Source of the DNA: Octopus sinensis
Taxonomy: Eukaryota
DNA length: 64,000 bases
Assembly (NCBI RefSeq): GCF_006345805.1
Contig: NC_043013.1
Location: forward strand, 19,840,001-19,904,000
Reading direction: 5' to 3'
A program made the position numbers and the translations under genes. How positions within the stretch are numbered: position 1 is the stretch's first letter; each line of letters opens with the position of its first letter. Shown here piece after piece: positions 12,702 to 24,533 of this stretch. The notes beneath the pieces are model-generated. The model saw only the letters and a program-made list of their open reading frames with translations, was not told the DNA's origin and did no database searches.

Positions 12702-12929
12702 TCAGACAATAAAATACACAATGGGAATGGGTAAGATTTTGGTAGAGGATCGAGAACTTTTAATACTGATAAGGGGAAATATCCCAGGGAAGTGTTCTGC
12801 ATGTGGATCATATAGTCATGTATGGAGTAGGAATCTAATATGCTCGGTATTTTCATGAGAAACATGTTTGGTTCACTACTTAATACAATCATTCTGATAC
12901 TCCTTCGCATCAGCCAGTTGTAGTCTTTA

Positions 12930-13070
12930 TTCTAATATAAATGGACTACAATATTTATTCTATCGGTCGCTTTTAACGAAGCACTAAATCATGGAGACGT
13001 AAACAAACCAACACTGGTCAAGCGGTTGGGAGAGAAACACAAAGACATACATTTAATATATAAATGTGTA

Positions 13071-13151
<81 letters not shown>

Positions 13152-13285
13152 AATATAAGAGAGTGGTCACTATATGGCTCACTCTAGCACCAGTTAATCC
13201 AAAAGGTTTCAACCACAAAAATACATGTTTCCCATGAAAGTCAGTACGATTGTTAGCTCTTATTAATTAATTATATATATATTAA

Positions 13286-13321
<36 letters not shown>

Positions 13322-13404
13322 TTATTTATTTACGCATGTATGTAGAGAGAGAGAGAAAGAGAGAGATAAAGAGAGATAGGTAGATGGAGAGAGAGAGGAG
13401 AGAG

Positions 13405-13435
<31 letters not shown>

Positions 13436-13610
13436 GGACTACGTGTTTCTTTCAGTTTACATCTAAATACACTCACAAGGCTTTGATTTGCCCAAAACAT
13501 TAACAGAAGTCAATTGCTCCAGGTGCCACGCAGAAGGACAGAACCCGTAACGTAGTGGTAGGAAGCAAACTTTTTTACCTCATAGCTACGCATGCGCCTA
13601 TAAAGATAAT
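12930..13610 (-). mobile_element. SINE family B copy whose internal microsatellite has expanded and contains a ~110-bp insert (13155-13262)
   Basis: Tail at 12930-13050 and head at 13438-13610 are collinear with full copies. Confidence 0.7.
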
Positions 13611-15744
13611 CGTTTCCATGCAGGGATTAAAATCCGAGCCGCCTGAGTGGAAGTCAGGAATCGTAACCACAAAGCTTTGAAATTATTTCCGTTGTCTTAT
13701 TGTTTCAGTCAGAATGTCTTTTATCGGTGGTCTACTCAACCCGAGCTGATCTGGGACTAAACAACAATAAAACCCACTGTAGACCAAATACCTCATACCT
13801 CCCCTCTACCTATTTAAGGGCCATATTATGGAGATATAATGTTCAGGGGTCTAGTGCTGTCACCCGGGTATGTGGCATTCGATACATTATCCAGATTGTT
13901 CCTCCATAAAGTGGATGTAGTTGAGGTTGCTTTTTGTGTAGCTCAGGCATAATTGATTAGACTCATTCCCAAAGGGATTCCATGTGTGACCATCTCAACT
14001 ATTTTGTATTGCAGATATCTAGAATTACATTGTGTATTGTTTCTAATGTTTCTTAAATCGGTGATGTGTAATTTCGAGGAAATCTTGATGTTTCTAGCAA
14101 GTCGAAAAACCCTAGCAGAATTCCATGGTTGGCGCCTCTGCATCATAGTGTATAGCATTGTGTAACAAATCTTTCTTTTTTTTTCTTGTCTTTGGTCAGT
14201 AAGTGTTATTTCCTATTTGCTTCTGTCAAGAAATCAAAGGAAATGACCATTATTCCCTTCAAATTTTGCCTTTGTGACCTGGACATCAATGTTTTGAAAC
14301 TAACCAATTTTCCAATAGATTTCAGACAGATTCAGCGCTGAATTGCTGAAGCAGAAATATTATTATTGCGAATTTTCTGCTTAATATCACAGACTTGCTA
14401 GTCAGTGGCTTGATCTTAAACACTCGATCATGCCCTTAGAAGCTGACCAAATGTGCATATATGATGACGAGCAGGAATGATGGCGTGTACATCATAGCCA
14501 TCTAATGAGAGGGATTCTTTGGGGTTTGAATAAATGTAACAAGTAAAGATTAAAGGAAATATTAGCCATTTTTAATACTTTCTTGAGATAACCAAATTGC
14601 AAATAACAGTTGATATTCAAGGACAAAAATCGGGAAATGTAGTGTAATCAGGGGTGACCTTAGTATGACAGTTGTTGCTTTTGTTGTAACTGTTTTGTTT
14701 TTGTGCTGCTATTGTTGTTGCTGTTGTTGCTGCTAAACCTGCCGTTCATAATTTTGTTTTGTTGATGATAGTTTTGTTGAGACTATTTTGCTGTTTTTGT
14801 TGATGTTGTTGTTGTTGTTGTTGTTGTTAAGCAACAAGACGGGTAAGGGTGATTAGGTGATGGTCTAAGGCCTAGGGGCAGGAGACCCCAGACCTTGGAA
14901 AAATAAAAACTTTGGTCGTCTTGTTGTAGTCGATGGCTCTTCGTTGACGGCCGACACCACTGGGTGGTAGCACTCGAAGTCGCTGGAAATGGAGATCTCC
15001 GGGTCCAAATTCTTGAACGGCTGCTGTTGCTGTTGCTGCTGTTGTTATTATTATTGTTGTTTCAGTGATTGCCATTGTTGTTGATTTTACATCCGCCACA
15101 TTTATATTTTTACCACAGAGCAATGTTTATTTCCAGTTTCATGTGCAAATGCTGTCGCCTCATTTACTTCTGAAAGTAGTCTTCTTATGTCTATTGCTTT
15201 TGTTTTATTTTGTTTTACTTTACGACAGGGAGACTTATTATTGTTGTTGCTGTTCTTGTTATTCATGGTATTAGTTGTTTTTACATTTTTGTTGTTACAA
15301 ATTCCTTCTGAAACATTTTATATATATATATACACATCCATCTAATAATTTACCATTCAACAGTTAAGTTCGGATTTCACATGAAAATAGGTATCGAAAG
15401 TTGGAAATATATAAATTTTTGTTGTCGCTGGTTTAGATTCTGTCGTTGTTGTTGTTGTTGTACAATTGTTAATTTCACATTTCCTTTGAAGTTTTATTCC
15501 TGACAATTCTCTGTAAATGCTTCTTCTAAGTCTGGCTTTTTAGTTTGCGCTGACACAAATTATAACCACAAAAACTCTTCCAGCAAACTCTTTTTACAGC
15601 TTTCATATTTATTTTACTTCAAATGAAATTTAGCATTTAATTAACATCAAAGCAAATGTAACCATCTCCTCATACACACACACACACACGCATACATACA
15701 TATTCATAGATAGCTAGATACATACTAAAGTTTAAACCTGTCAT

Positions 15745-15793
15745 ATGACTGCAAAAGTTGGACATATACCGTTTGCGGTGTGTTTAGTTTTAT
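15745..15793 (+). pseudogene. Diverged copy of the signal-peptide-like exon (MTAKVGHIPFAVCLVL)
   Basis: About 80-bp direct repeat of 17933-18011, with ATG and donor at the same offsets. Weaker donor T|GTAATA. Confidence 0.35.
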
Positions 15794-16151
15794 GTAATAT
15801 TGCACAGGTATATTAATTTTAATTTTTACTATTTTCAAATTTCATGGCGAACGAAAACTGATGAAATGAATACTAATTTTTTAAAATAAAAATATTTATG
15901 GAATTATAATTACATTAAAATACAAGAATTTTTTGGTTAGGTTATTTGCAGTAAAATGTATTTTACCAACATCAAAAATGAATTAAATATAGGTCCAACG
16001 TTACCTGGGATTAACAACAGTGGCAGGAGTGTGTTACTAACTTTATATTACGTAGAATGGGTTCCATTCTGTTTAGCCTTCAAATAACAAAATAAGATGC
16101 TTTTCTTTGGGTGACGGACAAACAAACATAATCAGATATACTGCTAATTGC

Positions 16152-16224
<73 letters not shown>

Positions 16225-16244
16225 TATATATATATATATATATA

Positions 16245-17852
16245 CAGTTGTGGCCAAAATGTTAAGAACGGCATTGTTTTCGTCAGAAAAGTAAGTCAAA
16301 GTTTTTATCAAAGTAGTTTTATATTCTCAGACAATAAATACAATATTAATTGTTATTGTCTTAAATTTTGGTGTAATTTGAGAGGATAATACAAAAGTTA
16401 TGGATGATTTAGTGATTTACTGCAAAACCCATGGCGGCCAAAATGATCAGAACGGTTGAAAAAATAACAAAATAGTCAAAAACGACAGAGAATACTGGAA
16501 TTATTTAATATTTAGTGTGAAACCCTTTAGCTTCAATCACACTCTGACATCTTCGACTGCATGAGGAAATTAAATTTTCAATTTCTTGCTGGGTGATTTT
16601 ATTCCATTCTTCTTGAAGGGCATTCCATAATTGCTCAGTTGTTTTAGGATTTCTGGCTTTCGAACGTTCTCCTAGAATATTCCACACATTTTCAATAGGA
16701 TTGAAATCTGGGCTTTGAGCTGGCCAATCCATAACAATAACCTTTTCAGCCTTGAGGAAGTTCATGACCACCTTAGCCTTGTGACACGGGGCATTGTCCT
16801 GCATGAATATGGGTGGTCGCTTAGTTGAATTTCTCAGCACAGGCAAGACATGATCTTTTACAAGTTGTTTATAACCTCCTGCATTTAACTTTCCATGTAA
16901 TCGCACCAAAGGGCCCACACCATCTCCAGATATCATTTCCCAAACCATGACACTTCCTCCACCGAATTTAACACTAGTCTTAAGGCATTTAGGCAACAAT
17001 TTTTCTCCTACTTTTCTTCGAACGTACCTTTTCCTATCTGAGCCAAATAGCATAAACTTAGATTCATCACTGAAATGCACCGTTTGCCATTTTTCTTGAG
17101 ACCACAACACATGTTCGGTTGCAAAGGTAAGACGACACTTTTTTATTCTTGGAGCTGATCAGTGGCTTCACTGCAGATGCTCTTGCTTGTAGGTCATGTT
17201 CAACTAAACGACGAGACACAGTTTTTCGAGATAAAGTTTTCTGCAATACAATGCTCATTTTCCGAGAAACATCAGCATCAGTTTTAAATCTGTCCTTTTT
17301 AACCAACTTTACCATAGCACGATCTTCTCTCTTGGTCGTTTTTCTTGGCCTACCTGTAAACTTTCTTACTTCACACGAACTACAATCATCGTAGACCTTA
17401 AGAATACCGTGTACAACACTTTTTGACTTGTTAACAATCTTTGCAATAGATCCAATACTTAAATTATCCTTCCTTCGAAGCTTAATAATGTGCTGACGAA
17501 TTGGTAACGGAGTAAGTGGCATTATATTAACAAAGTACACTGCAAATATTCTTACTAATGTTTAGTAAACGAACCGTCGCGTAAACAAATTCAAAACATT
17601 AGAGTTCGCCGGTCAAATATACTAAAACACGGAGTAAAAGCAACCGTTCTGATCATTTTGGCCGCCATGGGTTTTGCAGTAAATCACTAAATCATCCATA
17701 ACTTTTGTATTATCCTCTCAAATTCCACCAAAATCTCAGACAACAACATTTATTGTCTGTGAAAATTATAGAATATAAAACAACTTTGATAAAAAATTAT
17801 ATCTACTTTTCTGACGAAAACAATGCCGTTCTAAACATTTTGGCCTCAACTG
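16245..17852 (-). mobile_element. Tc1 transposon with IR/DR ends (Sleeping Beauty-like architecture), 1608 bp
   Basis: TA-flanked TIRs 16245-16458 and 17641-17852 (about 213 bp). Each has an outer DR (CAGTTG(T/A)GGCCAAAATGTT..GAACGGC) and an inner DR (GGCGGCCAAAATGATCAGAACGGTTG). Confidence 0.95.
16505..17522 (-). pseudogene. Tc1 DD34E transposase, complete apart from one +1 frameshift
   Basis: HTH with GRPRK; VKPLIS; HFSDESKF; FMQDNAPCH; WPAQSPDFNPIENVW (D-34-E). The two ORFs join if one A is removed from the run near 17141-17146 (NKK|CRLTFA). No in-frame stops otherwise. Confidence 0.95.
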
Positions 17853-17892
17853 TATATATATATGTCTATACATATATATACAATATAAATAG

Positions 17893-17924
<32 letters not shown>

Positions 17925-17943
17925 GTATGTATTAACCTGTGAT

Positions 17944-17992
17944 ATGACTGCAAAAGCTGGTCATATACTGTTTGTGGTGAGTTTAGTATCAG
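17944..17992 (+). CDS. Candidate first coding exon encoding a signal-peptide-like sequence (MTAKAGHILFVVSLVS-G)
   Basis: ATG, a basic residue, then a hydrophobic core; perfect donor CAG|GTAAGT at 17993, phase 1. Downstream exons uncertain. Confidence 0.4.
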
Positions 17993-18010
17993 GTAAGTTT
18001 GCACAGGTAT

Positions 18011-18367
18011 ATGACTCCCGGGTGTTCACCTGTTGTCCGTTTCAGTACGCCTTAGGTGGAATTGATTTCTCTGGTTTATAGCACTGCTGTGATGTGTGCT
18101 GCGGCCCTGAGAAGGGCAAAGCACCCGTTTCCACCTGGGTTTGCTGGTGAGTGGTCTGACGATCCAGGTGTGAGGGTTTTGGGGACCACGAAGAAAAAGA
18201 ACCCTCACAACTGGATCGTCAGACCACTCACCAGCATACCAAGCTGGAAACGAGTACTTAGCCCTTCTCAGGGTCGCAACACACGTCACTGCAGTGCTAG
18301 AAACCAGGGAAATCAATCCCACCCAAGGCGTACTAAAACGGACAACAGGTGGACATCCGGGAGTCAT
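18011..18367. repeat. Long inverted repeat: 168-bp arms, 21-nt spacer, about 89% identity
   Basis: Arm 18011-18178 aligns without gaps to the reverse complement of 18200-18367, with about 18 substitutions counted by eye. Confidence 0.95.
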
Positions 18368-18562
18368 GAATCGGAACTGGTCCGATCTCCCTAGAATTAA
18401 GGGCCGAAACACTTGCCTCAAGGGGGTTTCTCCTCTGAGGACCACCTGCTGTTACGCTCTCCCCGAGTTTCTTTCCACTGTTATATATACTGTATGTATA
18501 TATATATATATACATATATATGTATGTATATACATGTGTGTGTATATATGTGTATTTATAAG

Positions 18563-18614
<52 letters not shown>

Positions 18615-18618
18615 AGTG

Positions 18619-18651
<33 letters not shown>

Positions 18652-19133
18652 ATAGTCATTACAGTGAAGTGATATTGTGACAAAGCTCATAGGGTTTCTT
18701 AATCGGTCATAACAATTCCTGAACTTATTACAATATTTTATTTATTTAAACATGCTATGTCCTCTTTACCGTTTTAATTCAATGCTTGCTTAGTTTCAAC
18801 CGGTGTATTGTATCAGGCACACACACACAAACACACGCATGCGCACTTTTTATGATGCCTTCTTCTATAGATCTTAATCTGTAGGATGCAACTACCATTG
18901 CCCGCATGTCACGGGGGAGTTATAATTGCCAAGGGAACTGTCTGTCTTTACCAGAGAAAATATTGTCAATTCTCTGAAGATAGTATTGTCTTAACGGGTA
19001 ACTTTCAAAATTTTATTGTTACTAACATGGGTAACATCAGGAAATGTTGCATACACATAGTAATTATAATTTAGATTTTATCAAATTTGGTGCTACTTAT
19101 TCAAAATGATGAGGTGAATATATATTTTCGAAA

Positions 19134-19515
19134 GGGTGTTGCTCTGTGCTAAGAAGCTTGCTTCTCAACCACCTGGTTCCAGGTTCAGTCCTACTGCGTG
19201 GCAGCTTGTCCAAGTGTCTTCTACTACGAGTGGATTTGGTAGACGGAAACCAGAAGAAACCTGTCATATATACATACATGTGTGTGTTTCCCTCACCACC
19301 ACTTGACAACCGGTGCTGGTGTGTTTACATCCTCGTAATTTAGGGGCTCTGCAAAAGAGAGCAACAGAATAAAAAGAAAAAAAAAGAAAAAGCCAAAAAG
19401 AATAAAAAAATGAGTACTGGGAGCATTCCATTTAACTAAAAATTCTTCAAGGCGGTGCCCAGACATCGTCGTAGTCTAACGCCTGAAACGATTAAAAGAC
19501 GAAAATATAAAAGAC
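19134..19515 (+). mobile_element. SINE family B, near full length
   Basis: aagaagcttgcttctcaaccac..gggttcagtcc..cactgcgtggca..gtgtcttctact..gagtggatttggtagacggaaac..; tail ..ggcggtgcccag. Confidence 0.85.
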
Positions 19516-19900
19516 TATTTAAAGTAAAGGAACCCTTTTCTCATTTGTGTAACTCACCCTATGTTATTTACTCCTCCTCCTCTGGTCTGTGTCTTTATTA
19601 TTCCTTCCCTCTCAGTGTATGCATGTAACATTCCTTAACTCATTGCCTGACACCTAGTCTACTATGTGTATTCATCCTGCATCTCTATTAAATCTTTATC
19701 TCTCCCCACATCTGTTTTAGTTTCTTCCTTCTCGATATATAATGCAAAGCGTAACTGGAGAAATCAACCAACCAAAATTTATACTGAATAATACATACAA
19801 AGAAAAGGGGAAAGATGAACATAACAGCTAATATCTATTCTTAAAAGTGTGAAATATTTTTTCTATGATGTAATTATTTCAATTGTTTTCTCTACACAAG

Positions 19901-20018
19901 GTCTAAAATGAAATCCATTGTCAGGGAACAAAAGTACTTAATGAACTATGTATTTATCTATCATCTGGTGTTCGCGAGTTTAAATCTTGTGTAAACGCTT
20001 CTTGCACATCCCGTCATG
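19901..20018 (+). pseudogene. Possible frameshifted Cys-rich exon downstream of the signal exon
   Basis: Acceptor ttgttttctctacacAAG and donor G|GTATTT. Reads GL-NEIHCQGTKVLNELCIYLSSGVREFKSCVNASCTSRH only if one A is removed at 19905-19908. Confidence 0.2.
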
Positions 20019-20613
20019 GTATTTTCTTCTGCTTGTTTTATATAGGACTTGATATCTTCATTATATTGATGTTCTATTTGGTGTATGACGTTTTAGATTT
20101 TCTTGTGAACTGTAAGAGAAACCATTTTCAAGTACCAATTGAATGAGGTCAGAAGGTTTGTGAAAGATTTCAAAGATTGGATGATTAATGAACCGATGTA
20201 TATCTGTGTCACAGTGAAACATAGACTTTGTATTTAGCTGAGTGTGATGTTACTGACGCTGGCGGAATATGATTTATGAACATCGACGAACCCAAGTAAT
20301 TGCTATAGAGTAATTCGTACATTCACAGCTTTCGGTGATTCATCAGCCCTTAACTCTAATAACGACTTTCACTTTTGGAACAATAGAAATAGTCAGGGTG
20401 GGAAAGGGGTATGTCCGATTATATTAACTGTTATCATACATCACTGGTGTTTACTTTATTAACAGCGAAAAGATTAAAGAAAATTGCTTCGATTCGAACT
20501 CACAGTGTAGAAAGGTGTGAAAAACAAGTATGTAGTAGTAATTTCCCCTTAAGTGGTTGCCCGTTAATTTTGGAGGAGGAGGAAGAGTCTCTTCAATATA
20601 ATATCATTTCTTT

Positions 20614-20836
20614 ATTCTTTTATTTGTTTCAGGCACTTGACTGCGGCCATGCTGGAGTACCGATTTTAGTCGAACAAATCGATCCCAGGATTTATTCTTT
20701 ATAAGCCTAGTACTTATTAATATCGCTATCTTTTGCCGAATAGCTAGGTTACAGGGATGTAAACACACCAACATCGGTTGTCAAGCTACGGTGGACGGAC
20801 AAATTGAGACAAACGCACACGCACAAACTCACACAA

Positions 20837-20890
<54 letters not shown>

Positions 20891-21062
20891 ATATATATAT
20901 ACGACGTGCTTCTTTCAGTTTCCGTCTATCAAATCCACCCACAAGGATTTGGTCGACCTGAGGCTATAGAAGAAGTCACTTGCCCAAGGTGCCACGCAGT
21001 GGGACTGAACCTGGTACCATGTTGTTGGGAAGCAAGCTTCTTACCACACTGCCACTCCTGTC
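20614..21062 (-). mobile_element. SINE family B, full length
   Basis: Collinear with 10591-10980. Confidence 0.85.
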
Positions 21063-21304
21063 TGGGATTTTTATAGGGTCGTTAAATGGAGCTTCATATT
21101 TGAATGCTGCATTAATTTATATCCCTCAGAATGAAGATATTCAAACTTGAACTCGGTGGAGGTTGAACTCAGAGAAAGAGAAATACTTGTAACTAAAGAT
21201 TGTACCAGATGTTCTTCCGAAAATGCTTATCAACGAATAGGAGTAGATTATATAGCAGTCCTTAAGTGACATTAGCACTTAGACAAAATGATTAACGGTA
21301 ATTT

Positions 21305-21690
21305 TTAAGGCAGCGAGCTGGCAGAAACGTTAGCACGCTGGGCGAAGTGCGTAGCCGTATTTCGTCTGCCTTTACGTTCTGAGTTCGAGGTCGACTTTGC
21401 CTCTCATCATTTCGGGGTCGATTAAATAAGTACCAGTTACGCACTGAGGTCGATATAATCGACTTAATCCGTGTGTCTGACCTTGTGTGCCCCTTTGTGT
21501 CTAGCCACTTGTGGGTGGTAAAGAAATAGGTATTTTTTTTTTCAGCTGTCTGTTCTGAATTCAAATGACGTTGGGATTGATTTTGCCAGGTTGAACATGT
21601 ATCAGTTGAATACTAGGGTTGATGTAATCGACTAAGCTCTTCTCCACAGCGTTCCAGGTTTCGTGATTATATGAGAAAAAGATTGTTTGG
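21305..21690 (+). mobile_element. SINE family A composite
   Basis: ggcagcgagctggcagaaacgttagcacgc..gtcgactttgcctctcatcatttcggggtcgattaaataagtacc. Confidence 0.85.
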
Positions 21691-22320
21691 TAGGTACATA
21701 TTTTAAAACTCAATACAATTTAGAAACGGGTGTGATTCGAAATTAAAACGGAAAATTTAAGCAACGGAACACTGTGCACCAATTTGATAGCCATTTTATC
21801 GATTTAGCTCCTCCCCAAAAATGTAGTATTGATAAAATAAGATAATTAAATACTTCTCAATCGGCTAATATTGATTTCGTCAATTTGTAATCAAGACATA
21901 TTTCTTCCTCCAAGCCAATATTAGAAAGAAAAAGAAAAATATATGTAATTTAAACAGCAGATTTCAAGATAATATATTTTCCTGATCATCGATAATTTCT
22001 ATCGATTTAACTGGGAATGATATCTTCTCCTCCCATTTTTTAAAAAATAATTAGCTTCAATGTTGCGTAATAGGAAATAAACTTAATCCAGTTACTAACT
22101 ACAAATGGTTTTAATTGAAATTGCAGCGGTACTATGAATGGTAGGATACTTTTGAAGAAATGGTTTATCGAGTGTCGAATTAAGCATACATACATACTTA
22201 CACACACTATTACACACATGCATACGTACGTATATGTGTGGGTATATGCGTGTGTGTGTGTATGTGTGTAGGCACACATACATACATAAATATATGTATA
22301 TATATATATATGTATGTATG

Positions 22321-22368
<48 letters not shown>

Positions 22369-22481
22369 TAATGATAAAATCTTAAGAAGGAATCTTAACA
22401 AGAAATTATCAGGTAGTTAGCGTGAAAAACCTCATAAGAGAAAAAATCCGAAAATAATTTTTTCACTTGAAAATATTTATT

Positions 22482-22728
22482 TATATTGTATAGAAGGCAT
22501 TATTACACATAAATGCCACACACTAAGAGGGACATAAGTCATTACTACCAAAATTTAACGAATCCTACCGAATGCAGCTCTCGAAGCAAGACATTTAAAA
22601 AACTGAATTTAGTTTTTTAAATGTCTTGCTTCGAGAGCTGCATTCGGTAGGATTCGTTAAATTTTGGTAGTAATGACTTATGTCCCTCTTAGCGTGTGGC
22701 ATTTATGCGTAATAATACCCTCTATACA

Positions 22729-22733
<5 letters not shown>
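22482..22733. mobile_element. Near-perfect palindrome (123-bp arms, 6-nt spacer); MITE-like, TA-flanked
   Basis: Left arm 22482-22604 versus right arm 22611-22733. Inner 82 bp identical; 4 transitions in the outer part. Confidence 0.9.
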
Positions 22734-22804
<71 letters not shown>

Positions 22805-23169
22805 ACATGTATGCGTGTGTAAGTGTATGTGTATGTGTGTGTGCGTGTGTGTACGTATACAAAGAGAAAACGGAAGAACAACGATTCGTGCTACTACTCA
22901 CTCAATTTGCTAGAAATAGCAGTCAGATCTCATCACATTCTAACTTCTTCGAATATGAAGTACCCATTGAAAAACCTAAATATATTATCACCTTTTACTC
23001 CTCTTATTGTGATCAAGTTTCAGCTGGGATCATGCAGACAAATGTTACACGGAAAACCTGTTTCCATTAAGTCATTTAAGAGACAGATAAAGCCATTATA
23101 CAAGATGGAAAGACAGAGACTGTTCTATTTCTTTGGACGAAATCATCGCAAATACATTTTGTCGTATTT

Positions 23170-23770
23170 TGGTCGTAGACATAATGCGACTTAAATCCAA
23201 TTTACGTGCCTCCAGGTACCTTAGAGAAGCCCTATCAACTATGTCCATGGACCAACAAATTCCTTGGGTGACAGAAACTGAAATAATGCGGATGAATATA
23301 AAGGAATAAGGGCAGCATGGAAGGCATTTAGTTCAATATGGGATGTAGTTACCTGCGCTCTTATACACAAGTGAGACGAGGGCTACTATGAAGAGGATAG
23401 AACATTGATTGCCAACGACGTGAAGGGTCTTGGAGAGATCCATGCTAGGAATATCATTACGAGATCACATTCGAAATGAGATTATACGAGAACAGAGCGT
23501 GATGAAGGATGTGATCGCAGAATAACCGAAAATACAATTTCCGCTGGATTGGACGTGTCATAAAGTTCACAGACAACACCTTGACCCATACAATTCCCGA
23601 GTGGTATAGAAGAGATCGGAAAATGCCACTTGGAAGGCTTCCACGACGATGGGAAGACGATTTCATTAAACAATTTGAGCGAAGATGGGAAAAAATGGCA
23701 GAATCAAGACAAAATTGGAAGTGCATTGTGACAAGCTGTGTGTAACAGTATTTGATGGTCTGGTCGATAT
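23170..23770 (+). mobile_element. RTE-clade LINE 3' fragment (degenerate)
   Basis: Translates to ERSMLGISLRDHIRNEIIREQS..RWIGRV..EWYRRDRKMPLGRLPRRWED, the typical RTE post-RT C-terminus, with stops and frameshifts. Confidence 0.85.
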
Positions 23771-23783
23771 TGTGATACGTGTA

Positions 23784-23834
<51 letters not shown>

Positions 23835-23835
<1 letters not shown>

Positions 23836-24035
23836 GTGTATGCTTATCCTCCCCTATGTCTTGAAAACTGGCGTTGGTTTGTTTATACCACAAGAAGTTA
23901 GAGGTGTGGCAAAAGAAGATAGCCAGAGTAAATATCAGATTTAAGAAAAGCACTGCGCTCGATATGTTCGACTAGACTCCTTAAGGTAGTGCTCCGGCGT
24001 GGCCACAGTCCAATGTCTGAAACAAGTAAAATGTA
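23835..24035 (+). mobile_element. SINE family B tail only
   Basis: ..aaggtagtgctccggcgtggccacagtccaatgtctgaaacaagtaaaa matches the family B 3' end. Confidence 0.65.
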
Positions 24036-24500
24036 GAAGAAAGATAATAAGTACCAGTTATGCACTGGTGCATAATTTACTTTATTCTGTCACAGATCGG
24101 CAAATTTACAGCCTCGCACTGGCCAGTACAAGCTGGCATTATCATACTAGTGTTCTGAAAACTTAAATTCTTGGTTTAAATATGCTGTCGTGAAATAAAT
24201 ATATTTTGACAAGTTGTCAAATTGTTGCTGTAAATGATTCCCCGTTGTCGGACGATTTATATCCTCATTAACTGACGTTCATATATATATATATATATGC
24301 ACATACATATATACATATATATATATATATGAACCTCAATTAGTATATATATATATATATGTATGTATGCATATATGTATTCTGTATGTGTATGCATATA
24401 TATTATATATATACATACGTATGTTGTATGTACGTATGTATGAAGGCGTGTAGGCATATATATATGTATACATTTATTATATATATATATTAGTATATGC

Positions 24501-24533
<33 letters not shown>

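Noticed and set aside
13205-13250. GAAACATGTA with upstream CTGA in the TA-embedded insert
   Set aside because: The core reads CUGACUU and no stem II forms; insufficient.
13870-14165. Possible hAT transposase or exon fragment (NHGILLGFFDLL)
   Set aside because: A single short motif with multiple stops; cannot be supported.
15735-15810. Minus-strand reading of the duplicated 80-mer (PVQYYIKLNTPQTVYVQLLQSYD / PVQTYLILNSPQTVYDQLLQSYH)
   Set aside because: No polypyrimidine acceptor upstream on the minus strand; the plus-strand ATG and GTAAGT reading is better supported.
18400-18455. GAAAC..CTGAGGA (type II hammerhead order), with a vaguer analogue at 47745-47785
   Set aside because: Stem II does not pair (C opposite C), the cleavage triplet is GCC or GUG, and extra bases precede stem I; too many deviations.
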